A DNA stretch of 64,000 nt from Bacteroidota bacterium (lineage in GTDB: Bacteria; Bacteroidota; Bacteroidia; JACCXN01), in contig JACCXN010000035.1 of NCBI GenBank assembly GCA_013696965.1, positions 14,393 through 78,392 on the forward strand, in the 5' to 3' direction. The notes under the pieces were generated by a model that worked only from the letters and a program-made list of their open reading frames with translations, did not search any database and was not told the DNA's origin. Position numbers and translations under genes: made by a program. Below are positions 10,419 to 20,339 of this stretch, in pieces. The first letter of the stretch is position 1; each line of letters begins with the position of its first letter.

Positions 10419-10588
10419 TTCTTCAATCGAGTTTTTGCTTCAGAAGTTGTTAATGTTTCACCTTTTCGACTTTGTTCTATACCAATTTCTACTTTTTGAA
10501 GTAGAATAATACGCTCAATGACTTCTTCAGCGGAGAATGTGTCAGGTAAATCTTTTATTGTCTGTAAAACTTTTTTCTTGTCTAGTAT
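10406..10588 (-). pseudogene. Cognate antitoxin (60 codons) whose start codon reads ATA
   Basis: Manual translation (I)LDKKKVLQTIKDLPDTFSAEEVIERIILLQKVEIGIEQSRKGETLTTSEAKTRLKKWLK*, overlapping the toxin start. Confidence 0.7.
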
Positions 10589-10664
10589 AGCACAAAATTT
10601 AATTCCTACGCTGGGCGGGGTATGGGTATAATCCTGCTTTTCCTTGAAGGTTTTCTAGATTTTT

Positions 10665-11609
10665 TCAGGATTTCACTATTTTCTGGTAATGCACCTGCAT
10701 ATCGTTTATTTTCAAGGAAACCCAATAAATTCCAGCAGGAAGGTCTTTTCCACCCTCCCACCTGAGTTTGCTTTTCTGAGGTTGGAGTTTGCCCTCATTA
10801 AAATCTTTTATCAAATTTCCCGACATATTAAAGATCTTTACCTCCACCCTTGCCGGCAGAAAAACTCCGTATTCAATCTCAATTGAATCATAAAAAGGGT
10901 TAGGAGAAACGCGATAGATCATTCCTTTTTCAAGGTGAGGGTTTCCCATTCCTGTTGAGCCGCTGCCATCGACCACTATGTCCCAGGTTCCTTCATATTT
11001 ACCATTTCCGTTCAATGTAATAGGAATAATCCTGTGGGTGGCATCATAGGTTCCGCTGCTGAGAGAAGCTGCCGCATCTTCGGAAATATCAGAATCGCCC
11101 TGAAAATACAATTGGGTTGTTAAGGTCGGGTGGCCAGAAGGCGTTATTTTAAAATGGATATGACGGGGACGGTATTTTGCACCGTTCAGGTATTTTCCGG
11201 GAAGTATGGTTTCAAACAAATAAAAACCCTGAGCATTTGAATAAACAACTCCCCTAAGATCAAAACTGGAGTTATAATATTGCCCTGAGTCATTTGCCTG
11301 CCAGATGTCTATTTTGGCATTGGCTATTGTTTGGGAACAATCAAGAGTTCTTACCACACCACTGATTACGAGCCTGGTTCCAGCTTCAGTGGCAGAAGCC
11401 AGTTGGCCATCTGTTAAAACTGGCGCATTGTTCAGGTAAAAGGGGCCCTGTCCGTAATAATCTAATGTGGAAGGATTGCAATTTAGCGGTTTATAAGGCC
11501 TGAAATCTGGTTTGGACAGTACAATTCCCGGAAATAAAGTGGCCGATAAAGTGGCTAGTGTGGAATTTCGTAAAAAATTCCTTCGGCTGTTTTCTTTGTT
11601 ATTTTCCAT
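10665..11609 (-). CDS. Intradiol ring-cleavage dioxygenase-like protein with Tat signal and T9SS type A CTD
   Basis: SRRNFLR; GPFY, WQANDSGQY, PGKY, RPRHIHF, LTTQLYF; C-terminal SPNPF...LPAGIY...KIVK. Confidence 0.85.
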   Translation of the reverse strand: MENNKENSRRNFLRNSTLATLSATLFPGIVLSKPDFRPYKPLNCNPSTLDYYGQGPFYLNNAPVLTDGQLASATEAGTRLVISGVVRTLDCSQTIANAKIDIWQANDSGQYYNSSFDLRGVVYSNAQGFYLFETILPGKYLNGAKYRPRHIHFKITPSGHPTLTTQLYFQGDSDISEDAAASLSSGTYDATHRIIPITLNGNGKYEGTWDIVVDGSGSTGMGNPHLEKGMIYRVSPNPFYDSIEIEYGVFLPARVEVKIFNMSGNLIKDFNEGKLQPQKSKLRWEGGKDLPAGIYWVSLKINDMQVHYQKIVKS

Positions 11610-11721
11610 AGCAGTATTTATTTTAATGTTTTAAAAGATTTGTTTTAATACACTTCTTCCTTTAGGGATGTGGTGAAAACTTTTGATAATGTGAAGCAGT
11701 AAACTTAATTGGCAGCCCTCG

Positions 11722-14436
11722 TTAATTTTTCGTGATTATCAGTTTTACTTTTTCAGCCTGTTTTTCCAGCGAAATAAAATAAACCCCTGCATTAAGCATT
11801 GAAACATCTATCTTTTCTGAAATGACATTGTTTCCAGAGCTTATCCTTTTGTTTAGGACCTGCCTGCCCAAAACATCTGTAATGCTGATGGCTGAAGAAT
11901 CCGAAAAACCCCTTGCAACTACATTTAAAACTGAAGTTGCAGGATTAGGATAAACCTTTAAGGAGGATTTCTTTTCCGATTCATTAACAGAAATAATCTG
12001 GTCAGTAACTACCACACTTCCCGGAGTAACATTGGCATTTAAAGTATCTCCGTTAATTGAAATAATGGTAAGGTTAGAAATGCTCAGCGAAAAATCTTGA
12101 TAAATTCCGGTTTTTCCTGCCAAATTATCAGTAGTAACAATAGTGATTTTTGCAAGGGGGCCATAACCTGAAGTATTTGTTTGATTAATCCGGGTGATGG
12201 CTGCATCCAACCGGCCAAATGAATACATATCTTTTTGAAAACTTATCAGACTGATACCGTAATCCCCCATCCAGCAGGCTTCAGGGTCCATCCTGACAGA
12301 GCCGGAATCCACCAGTAAAGGATCATAATCAATTGAAAAGGCAATTCCATAAACATCTGTAACTTCATTTGTGGAAGTCCCAAAATACACCATTATTTCA
12401 ATTTCCTGGTTTTGGCCAATAGTATCAGAAGGAAACTCAAAATAAATTTCAGGATCCGAGGCGCTTCCAGAAGAAGATGCAGGCCATTTCTGGTGTATTA
12501 AACCGTAATTCTGGTAAATGGCAAGAGTATCATCGCTGTTGATGATTCCATCTCCGTTTGTATCTATGTGTTTAAAGTTCACACCAGTGCTTAAGGTATC
12601 CATCCAGTTTTCTGCAACTTGCCCTTCCCACAAAATGCTTGCTCCTGTTCTTACCGGCCCAGTTTCACCATAGGCAATACCAATGGGCAAGAGGTCATCG
12701 TTGTTGGCAATCATATCGTTATTTGCATCACCGGGCCAGATGGAATCGCAGTTAGAGGATGCAATTAAAGAATCAATAGCTTCGCATCCATCTGAATCAG
12801 TTACTGTTACAATAAAAGGGGAAACAATGTAACAAAATACCGCTGTTTGCCCTGTTTGAACAGGAATAGTATTCCAGGAGTAGAAATAAGGAGCTGTCCC
12901 TCCTGTTGGATAAACAGTTGCCAATCCATCGCATTGGCCACAGGAGGGTTGAATAGTTGTAAAAGAAATTAAAATCTGCGGTTGCTCATTTATAATTACA
13001 GTATCCATTTTTTGACAACCTTGTTCATCCGTAATTAATACCACATAAGTTCCCGAACAAGCACCCGAAATTTGAGGGGCATTCACCCCATTGTTCCATT
13101 GATAGGTATAAAGAGGATTTCCACCCGTTGGGTTTACTGCCGCTTGTCCATCACAAAAGCCAGAACAACTCACATCTGTTCCGCTGATATTGGAAACAAT
13201 GGGAGAAGGCCCATTTATAGTTATACTGTCCAATTTTTGACAACCTTGTACATCTGTAATTAATACCGTATAAGTTCCCATACAGATACCTGCAACAATC
13301 GAAGTCGTCATTCCAGCAGGACTCCATTGATAAGAATAAGGTAGATTCCCTCCTGTGGGAGAAACCGAAGCTTGCCCATCACAAAAGCCATAACAGCTCA
13401 CATCTGTTCCACTGATATTGGAAACAATAGCTAATGGTTCGCTAATAATTACAGATGCAGAATCTGTACAACCATTATCATCCGTTACAAACAAAGTTTT
13501 TATTCCAGGACATAAGTTTGAATAGTTTGGAACTGTAATTCCTCCTGGCATCCACAAATAAGTATAACTTCCTGAACCTCCTGAAACATTTGCTGAAACA
13601 CTCCCATTGCAATAGCCAATGCAACTGACATCTGATGAACTGGCATTAATTAAAATCTGCGGTGGCCCATTTATAGTTACACTATCCAATTTTTGACAAC
13701 CTTGTACATCCGTAATTAATACCGTATAAGTTCCCGGACAGATACCTGTAACAACCGCAGGCATTATTCCACCAGGATTCCATTCATAGGCATAAGGTGG
13801 TGTTCCACCTGAGGCAAAAACAGAAATTTCTCCATCACAAAGTCCAGGACAACTCACATGGGTGGCATTTACAGAAATATTTATGGCTGGTGCTACTGTT
13901 ACCGTAACATTTTCATTGTTTGTGCAACCTTCCAGTGAGGTAACCAATAATGTATAAGTGGTTGTGGAGGAAGGAAAAGCTGTTGGATTTGCTATTATCG
14001 TACCACTCAAGCCATCAGGGGGAGACCATACATAGGTCACCTGCATATTTACAGAGGGTATTAATGTAACAGAATCTCCAAAGCAAATTATCGGAGCAGA
14101 AGGGCTTATTGAAACAACAGGAGCAGGAAAAACTGTTATATAATTAAGCATTGTTTTTGTATCACTCCCGCTTGCATTGGTCGCGATTAAAGAAATTGTA
14201 TATGTTCCCGCAATTGCATAGCACTTTTGAGGGTTTTGTAAAGTGGAAACTGTGCCATCCCCAAAATCCCATTCCAAGGAGCCTGGTGCATTAGTGCTTA
14301 AATCTGTAAAATTTACACAGCCTCCTTCACAGGTGGTTGTATTGTTTGCAGTAAAGTCAGCCACTGGGGACTGGGCAAACAAATTTACCGAAACAAAAAT
14401 CAGTAAATGGAGCAGGTGGCTTATAATACTTTTCAT
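11722..14436 (-). CDS. T9SS type A cargo: PKD domain, SprB repeats, dockerin-like and cohesin-like regions
   Basis: Signal peptide, WDFGDG, repeated VSC..CDG..GG..PY.Y.W, WPGDANND/DTNGDGIINSDD, VYPNPA...GVYF CTD. Confidence 0.85.
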   Translation of the reverse strand: MKSIISHLLHLLIFVSVNLFAQSPVADFTANNTTTCEGGCVNFTDLSTNAPGSLEWDFGDGTVSTLQNPQKCYAIAGTYTISLIATNASGSDTKTMLNYITVFPAPVVSISPSAPIICFGDSVTLIPSVNMQVTYVWSPPDGLSGTIIANPTAFPSSTTTYTLLVTSLEGCTNNENVTVTVAPAINISVNATHVSCPGLCDGEISVFASGGTPPYAYEWNPGGIMPAVVTGICPGTYTVLITDVQGCQKLDSVTINGPPQILINASSSDVSCIGYCNGSVSANVSGGSGSYTYLWMPGGITVPNYSNLCPGIKTLFVTDDNGCTDSASVIISEPLAIVSNISGTDVSCYGFCDGQASVSPTGGNLPYSYQWSPAGMTTSIVAGICMGTYTVLITDVQGCQKLDSITINGPSPIVSNISGTDVSCSGFCDGQAAVNPTGGNPLYTYQWNNGVNAPQISGACSGTYVVLITDEQGCQKMDTVIINEQPQILISFTTIQPSCGQCDGLATVYPTGGTAPYFYSWNTIPVQTGQTAVFCYIVSPFIVTVTDSDGCEAIDSLIASSNCDSIWPGDANNDMIANNDDLLPIGIAYGETGPVRTGASILWEGQVAENWMDTLSTGVNFKHIDTNGDGIINSDDTLAIYQNYGLIHQKWPASSSGSASDPEIYFEFPSDTIGQNQEIEIMVYFGTSTNEVTDVYGIAFSIDYDPLLVDSGSVRMDPEACWMGDYGISLISFQKDMYSFGRLDAAITRINQTNTSGYGPLAKITIVTTDNLAGKTGIYQDFSLSISNLTIISINGDTLNANVTPGSVVVTDQIISVNESEKKSSLKVYPNPATSVLNVVARGFSDSSAISITDVLGRQVLNKRISSGNNVISEKIDVSMLNAGVYFISLEKQAEKVKLIITKN
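13208..13735. repeat. Near-identical intragenic 72-bp repeats (13208-13279, 13664-13735)
   Basis: 69/72 identical by eye, offset 456 nt (two SprB units). Confidence 0.8.
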
Positions 14437-14523
14437 ATTTTGACTAATTTAGTTAATATTTCCTGACAGTTATTCACAATGCAAATATTCACCATTAAAT
14501 TTCCCTGAACAAATACAAAAAGC

Positions 14524-14531
14524 TACCTTTG
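14524..14531 (+). promoter_or_regulatory. -7 promoter box (TACCTTTG)
   Basis: Matches TAnnTTTG; supports ATG at 14613 rather than TTG at 14529. Confidence 0.6.
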
Positions 14532-14612
14532 TCGGAACAAATAAAATACTTTTTCTTTGTTAAGTTTCTGTATTTGTGTTTTTTATGGTTTGTTTTTTTT
14601 ATTTTTTGTCAT

Positions 14613-16010
14613 ATGTCCTATAAAACCATTCATTATTTAAGTGCTCTAAAGGAAAAAGAAATTGAAGAATTTTCTGCTTTTCTTTCATCAGGGCTTGCAG
14701 GGAATTTTCCCAATGCAGAAAAATTATTCAGCTATCTGAAAAAAATTCATCCAGATTTTTCTGCAGTAAAGCTAAAAAAAGAAACTATTTTTAAAAAAAC
14801 ATTTCCCGCACTGGAATATGAAGATTCTCTTTTAAGATATGCTATGAGCCATCTTAATAAACAACTGGAACTTTTCTTTAGCTGGAAAGAATTGAATCAA
14901 TCAGAAATACACAGCTTTAAACTAAGAGCACTTTCCACACGTAAACTTGATAAATATTTTCAGCAGGAATTAAACTCACAACACGAAAAAAATGAGCAGT
15001 CATTAAAAAGAGATTTCAAATTTTACAAGTCGGACCTTGAACTAAAGGAAATTTCCTATAACTATCATTCCATGCAAAAAAGCAGGACTTCTGTAGACCT
15101 CACTGAAAAAGTGATTTTGGCAATTGATAAGAATTATTTTTATAACCGCCTAAGGTATGTTTGTGAATTACTGAACAGGAGCTCTATTTTTTCTGAGCAT
15201 ACAAAACATTCATTTATAACACGTTTTATTCAACAGTTAAGTCCGGAAATCTTAAAAGAGGCTGCCATAAATTTATATTTCCTGATTTTCAAAATCCTTA
15301 CTAATGGTAAAGAAGAGGATTACAAAAATTTCAGCCAGGTGTTGAAGAAAATTTTCAATGCCTTCGATCCTGCAGAACAGAACGACCTCTTTGCCTATGC
15401 ACAGAATTTCTGCATAAGAAAAATCAATTCAGGAGATGAAAAATACCTTTCAGAATTATTTGAATGGTATTGTTTCCAGCTTGAAAATAAAACAATTTTT
15501 TCGGAAGGATTAATATCTCAATTTGATTTTAAGAATATCGTTTCTGTTGCTCTTAGGCTCAACCAATTGAATTGGACAGAAAACTTTATTGAAAAACAAA
15601 GCGAAAAACTTCAAAAAAATATAAGGGAGAATGCCTATAACTATAATAAAGCAAGGCTGGAATTTCAGCGAAAAGAATATAAGCGTTCCTTGAAATTGTT
15701 ACAGGAGGTAGAATTCACTGATATCGTATACCAGCTGGATTCAAAGGTACTCCTGATGAAAATTTATTTCGAAAATGCAGATACCGATGCCATTGAAAAT
15801 GCCTATAACAGCCTGAAAATTCTTGTACACAGAAAGGCCAACCTTTCTGTGTATCAAAAACAACTTTACATTAATTTCGGAAAAATATCAATAAATCTGA
15901 ATAGGGTAAAAGAAGGGTTTTCTTCAAAAATAAATTTAGAGGAGGCATTAAGTAAAAGCCCTGCCGCCGACATAGGATGGCTCAGGCAAAAATGGAAAGA
16001 ACTTAATTAG
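14613..16010 (+). CDS. Hypothetical all-helical/TPR-like protein, divergent from the T9SS cargo gene
   Basis: 465 aa, no signal peptide, C-terminal TPR-like helices (YNKARLEF..KEYKRSLKLL). Confidence 0.7.
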   Translation: MSYKTIHYLSALKEKEIEEFSAFLSSGLAGNFPNAEKLFSYLKKIHPDFSAVKLKKETIFKKTFPALEYEDSLLRYAMSHLNKQLELFFSWKELNQSEIHSFKLRALSTRKLDKYFQQELNSQHEKNEQSLKRDFKFYKSDLELKEISYNYHSMQKSRTSVDLTEKVILAIDKNYFYNRLRYVCELLNRSSIFSEHTKHSFITRFIQQLSPEILKEAAINLYFLIFKILTNGKEEDYKNFSQVLKKIFNAFDPAEQNDLFAYAQNFCIRKINSGDEKYLSELFEWYCFQLENKTIFSEGLISQFDFKNIVSVALRLNQLNWTENFIEKQSEKLQKNIRENAYNYNKARLEFQRKEYKRSLKLLQEVEFTDIVYQLDSKVLLMKIYFENADTDAIENAYNSLKILVHRKANLSVYQKQLYINFGKISINLNRVKEGFSSKINLEEALSKSPAADIGWLRQKWKELN

Positions 16011-16313
16011 AAAATGTTTATAAAGTCCGCTGAATCCGGTTAGCTTCCAAGGCTGCTCAACTGACTTTTCTTTCCTGATTTTTTGAGCAAATGGACAAAA
16101 ATTCCAGATATAACAGAAAACAATTCATAAATAATTATTAAACAAAATCACCGGCTTTAGAAACTCCCCTTGACTTCGTAAAATAGGAGGTGTTAATTTT
16201 TTCTGATTTTTGCTTTTTTAGCAGCATTGTTAATTATCCTTACAACAGAACCTCCGTGTGGTAAGCTGCAACTTGGGCTATATTAAACCCCATAAACAGT
16301 AGTAGAAATAATA

Positions 16314-16349
16314 AATAAGGCTGTCTCAATTTAATGAAACAGCCTTATT
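16314..16349. terminator. Intrinsic terminator between convergent genes
   Basis: aataaggctgtctca-atttaa-tgaaacagccttatt stem. Confidence 0.75.
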
Positions 16350-16391
16350 AACTTAATCGATTCGTGTATAAATTATTCTATTTGTTTTAAT

Positions 16392-17321
16392 TTATAATAA
16401 CCTTGGGTTTTTGTTGCTGCTGCTGCTTTTTTTCTTAACTATATCGTATCCCAATAAAATTTCATGAGAGCCATAAGAAAAATTTCTTATTCTTTTTAAG
16501 GTGTAATCGAAGGAGTAACCAATCCTTAAACCAAAATCAGTTTGGTATTCAGCAATTCCAACAATTGCTTCCCCAGTTCTGTATGAAACACCAGTCCAAA
16601 TCATATTGTAAAACAAGAAATTAACATTCAAATCAGCTTGAACTGGTGCCTCTGGTAAGTATTTAATTAAAACTGTTGGTTTTATTTTTACATCATCGTT
16701 AATTGTATGTACAATTCCAGAGTGTAAATAATAATGCCTGTGGTAGATAGATGATTTTTGCACATCCAAATTAAAAGATTCCTCTTTATCATAAGCAATT
16801 AAAGTGGGAATTGAAATTCCGGCAAAGTAATTAGAGGAATAATAGTAAGCGCCAAAACCAGCTTGAGGAACGAATTTGTTGTTAGTTGGATTGGTAAACA
16901 TTTCATCTTCAGAATCCCAAACTTTCAACGAACCAGCATCACTTCCATAAATTCCAAACCCGCCTCTTAATCCCAATGAAAGGTGACTGTTTGTACCTGT
17001 TTTTATATGGTAAGCATAATTTAAAAGCAGGTCACTTTGGCTTGTAACTCCAATTTTATCATGACTTAAAATAAGCCCCAAAGAATTCTTATTATCCTTA
17101 AGCATTCCGTCAACTGAAAGTATGCTTGTTTTTGGAGCACCATCAAACCCTGCCCATTGGCTTCGGTAATGTAAGTTGGTGCTTACTTTTCCATGGCTTC
17201 CTGTATAACCAGGGTTTAAGAATAAACCGTTAAACATATACTGGCTTACCATTGATTGCTGCTGTGCGAGCAAAACCCCTGTATAAATAACCAGTGTGAG
17301 AAGTAAAATTATTTTTTTCAT
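16392..17321 (-). CDS. PorP/SprF family T9SS membrane protein
   Basis: QQ..SQYMFNGLFLNPGYTG, YRSQWAG..GAPKT, GSHEI; lies just downstream of a type B CTD gene. Confidence 0.93.
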   Translation of the reverse strand: MKKIILLLTLVIYTGVLLAQQQSMVSQYMFNGLFLNPGYTGSHGKVSTNLHYRSQWAGFDGAPKTSILSVDGMLKDNKNSLGLILSHDKIGVTSQSDLLLNYAYHIKTGTNSHLSLGLRGGFGIYGSDAGSLKVWDSEDEMFTNPTNNKFVPQAGFGAYYYSSNYFAGISIPTLIAYDKEESFNLDVQKSSIYHRHYYLHSGIVHTINDDVKIKPTVLIKYLPEAPVQADLNVNFLFYNMIWTGVSYRTGEAIVGIAEYQTDFGLRIGYSFDYTLKRIRNFSYGSHEILLGYDIVKKKSSSSNKNPRLL

Positions 17322-17368
17322 AGTTTTTATATTTTTTTAAATTATTGACTGTTTTTATTTTATATTAA

Positions 17369-20017
17369 TTATTTTCTTAAATCAACAAAACCTTTCAGCA
17401 TTGTATCTCCATTATTTATAATTAATAGAACAAAATAGGTTCCTGTGGGAAGAACTTCTCCTTTGTTATTGGTCCCGTTCCACTCATTCATGTAGTTTTC
17501 CATAGTATAAACTTCATTTCCCCATCTGTTAAAAACAGTAAAGTTATTGTTCGGGAATTCTTCAATTCCTTTAATAATAAAACTATCGTTTTTACCACTG
17601 TTGTTAGGGGAAAAGCCGGTTGGCATTTCAAGCATTAATGGTTCGTTTAGTACTGCGCTTGCTGTTGTTGTACAACCATTTGCATCGGTTATAGAAACTT
17701 CATAGATACCAGCCTTTAAATTACTTATATCAGAGGTAATAGCGCCTGTTGACCATTTATAAGAATATGGTTGAGCCCCTCCTGATGGATCAATATTTAT
17801 AGCTCCATCACTTCCATTGTATGCACTAATATTAAAAGTATTTGTAAAAACTGATGCTGTTAAGTTAACCGATAAAACCTCCGGTTGATTTATAGTTATT
17901 TGTCGCGTTGTTTTGCAATTGTCTTTATCCCTTATTGTTACTTCATAAGTGCCTGCTGATAAATCTGTTAATTGAGAAGTAGTTGCGCCATTGCTCCATT
18001 CAAACTCGTAGGGAGCAGCTCCATTGCTTACATTGATTAAGGCAGATCCATTGTTTAAGCCATTGCAACTAACATTTTCTGATTCTGCGCTTAATTGCAT
18101 TGCAGATATTTCATCTAAAGATATCATGAGTTGTTGTTCACAATTATTGTTATCAATAACTGTAACATTATACAACCCGCTGGTTAAATCAATAATTTCA
18201 CTTTCACTGCTACCATTATTCCAGGAATAGGAGTAGGGAGCGGTTCCGCCATTGACATTCACCGAAATTTTGCCACTGTTTTCATTGCATTTTGCAGGTT
18301 CTATGGAAGCAACCACATATAAGTTTTCAGGTTCGGTTATGTTTACCGATAAAGTGATCTTACTTTCACAACCATTGGTATCAGAGACCAAAACATTGTA
18401 TGAGCCTTCTGAAAGGCCATTAACCGTTGAAGTAAATTGAACGGGTGAAGTACTCCATTCATAATTATAATTTCCACTTCCACCTGTAGCCACAACCGTT
18501 GCCTCACCATTTAAATCACCTTTGCATAAAACATTTAGCTGAGTACCGATGTTAGCAGTTAACGAATTAGAAGGTTCAGTTATATTTACAGTAATATCTA
18601 TGGGTGTAAGGCAACCATTTGTATCAAAAACTTCAAGGGTATAATTACCAGATGTTAAATTGGTTATATGAGCAGTATTTTGGACAGGCGAAGTATTCCA
18701 CACGTAAGTGTAATTTCCGCTTCCCCCTGTAGTAAGAACAGCAATTTCTCCAATAGAATCTCCTTTACATTTATTGTTTTCCTGTAAAACAAGAGAAACA
18801 TTTAATGAATCTTCGGGTTCTGTTATAGTTACTGAAAGTTTAAGTGGGGTAGAACATTCATTACTATCATTAATAATAACTTCGTAATTTCCTGCTGATA
18901 AACCTGTTGCTGTATTTGAAGTTTGAACAGGGGAAGTATTCCATGAATAGGAATAAACCCCAATACCTCCGGTAACCTGTACTGCAGCAGAACCATTGTT
19001 CTCGCCTGTACATAATACCTTTTCAATATTTATTATCTCTGCTTCAATAGGAGTTGTTGTTGTTACAGGAACAGTAATTAACAATGAATTGCAACCGTCC
19101 TCACTTAATCCATCTTTTATTTCAAGCGTGTAATTTCCTGCAGCGGTTGCAAAATAATCAGAAGATGTGGAAACAATTGTTCCATTTGAGTCTCTCCAGC
19201 TATATGAATAATTACCATCGCCACCATTTGCAAAGCTAGAAATCATAGTTCCAGAGTTTCCTGGACAAAGCGCTGCATTGCTAGGAGAAATGGTTGCCGA
19301 TAACCCAGGTAAAATATAAATCCTGAAAGTATCACAAAGTGTTTGAGTAAAACCGCATTTATCGGCAATGGGATAACCACAAATTGAATAATCTATATAT
19401 TCTGGGGCCAAAGAATCGGGTGAAAAATAAATAGTAGAACAAGCACTGGTACAGCTTAGATAATGATTGTATTCCCCTGCTTCTCCTGGGTAAATGGAGT
19501 TTAAAGTAATTGTAGAATAATCTAAACCAAATGTTTTAATTTCCCTATTGCAAATAACTCTTGAGTAGTCATCAGGCGGAAAAGTTGGGATTGCTATTGA
19601 ACTAATCTTATATTTATTAACATTTGTGCCAGGTTTGCAAAATGTAATAAAATGAGGGCCAACCCCACTTATACAAATTTCTTCTCCTATCATCACATCA
19701 GGGCCGCAATTAATTTGATAATAAAGTGCTCCAGATGGCATTGCGCCCTCTATTATTTCTACTTTCACGGCTACCGCAAGAGTGTCAAGAGTTATCATGA
19801 AAGAAGTGCAAAGTTTTGAACCGGAAGCAGAACAACACAATCCTTTTCTACTGTGAGAAGGAGAAATCCAAGTTCCTTCTGGGTTTCCTGTAAAATCTAC
19901 TTCAAAATAAGGAACGGTAGAATCACATTGGGAAAATGATTTTTCCGTAGTGAACAAAGTAAAAATAGCCAAATACAGTAACAGCTGAAATTTACCATAG
20001 TAATTAGTTTTCTTCAT
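17369..20017 (-). CDS. SprB-repeat protein with T9SS type B (gliding-motility-associated) CTD
   Basis: Repeated C..NG...GG.G.Y.Y.W units; C-terminal PTGFSPN..GKND.F..VFNRWG..W.G..GTYF. Confidence 0.9.
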   Translation of the reverse strand: MKKTNYYGKFQLLLYLAIFTLFTTEKSFSQCDSTVPYFEVDFTGNPEGTWISPSHSRKGLCCSASGSKLCTSFMITLDTLAVAVKVEIIEGAMPSGALYYQINCGPDVMIGEEICISGVGPHFITFCKPGTNVNKYKISSIAIPTFPPDDYSRVICNREIKTFGLDYSTITLNSIYPGEAGEYNHYLSCTSACSTIYFSPDSLAPEYIDYSICGYPIADKCGFTQTLCDTFRIYILPGLSATISPSNAALCPGNSGTMISSFANGGDGNYSYSWRDSNGTIVSTSSDYFATAAGNYTLEIKDGLSEDGCNSLLITVPVTTTTPIEAEIINIEKVLCTGENNGSAAVQVTGGIGVYSYSWNTSPVQTSNTATGLSAGNYEVIINDSNECSTPLKLSVTITEPEDSLNVSLVLQENNKCKGDSIGEIAVLTTGGSGNYTYVWNTSPVQNTAHITNLTSGNYTLEVFDTNGCLTPIDITVNITEPSNSLTANIGTQLNVLCKGDLNGEATVVATGGSGNYNYEWSTSPVQFTSTVNGLSEGSYNVLVSDTNGCESKITLSVNITEPENLYVVASIEPAKCNENSGKISVNVNGGTAPYSYSWNNGSSESEIIDLTSGLYNVTVIDNNNCEQQLMISLDEISAMQLSAESENVSCNGLNNGSALINVSNGAAPYEFEWSNGATTSQLTDLSAGTYEVTIRDKDNCKTTRQITINQPEVLSVNLTASVFTNTFNISAYNGSDGAINIDPSGGAQPYSYKWSTGAITSDISNLKAGIYEVSITDANGCTTTASAVLNEPLMLEMPTGFSPNNSGKNDSFIIKGIEEFPNNNFTVFNRWGNEVYTMENYMNEWNGTNNKGEVLPTGTYFVLLIINNGDTMLKGFVDLRK

Positions 20018-20141
20018 AATTATAGTTTTTTAAATATTTAATTGAATATTTAAAAACTAATGAATTATGTGCCACTTCTTAAATTATAAGTGGATTTAGG
20101 ATAGAGGTAGGAGATTAAATCTAAAACTTGAATTTAAAAGT

Positions 20142-20180
20142 TGTATCATCTTTTCCACTATCCATGAAGTTAGTTTCACA
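20142..20180. promoter_or_regulatory. Paired 18-bp sites upstream of a TGGCAC box (20069-20074, minus strand)
   Basis: tgtatca-tctt-ttccact and catgaag-ttag-tttcaca, 21 bp apart. Confidence 0.5.
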
Positions 20181-20295
20181 AATTTTCTTTAAGAAAAAAA
20201 TATGGCATGCAAGGGAGAGTTCAAAGAATAACTTTGAGGTAGTTGAATTGAAAATTCATGGAATAAAAAATACATTATTTTAAATAAGTTATGAG

Positions 20296-20329
20296 GTTGT
20301 TATGATGTTCTTAAGAACATCATAACAAC
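20296..20329. repeat. Perfect 34-bp palindrome, probable terminator of the padR-pspC operon
   Basis: gttgttatgatgttctt|aagaacatcataacaac, 10 nt past the pspC stop. Confidence 0.75.
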
Positions 20330-20339
20330 TTAAAAAACT

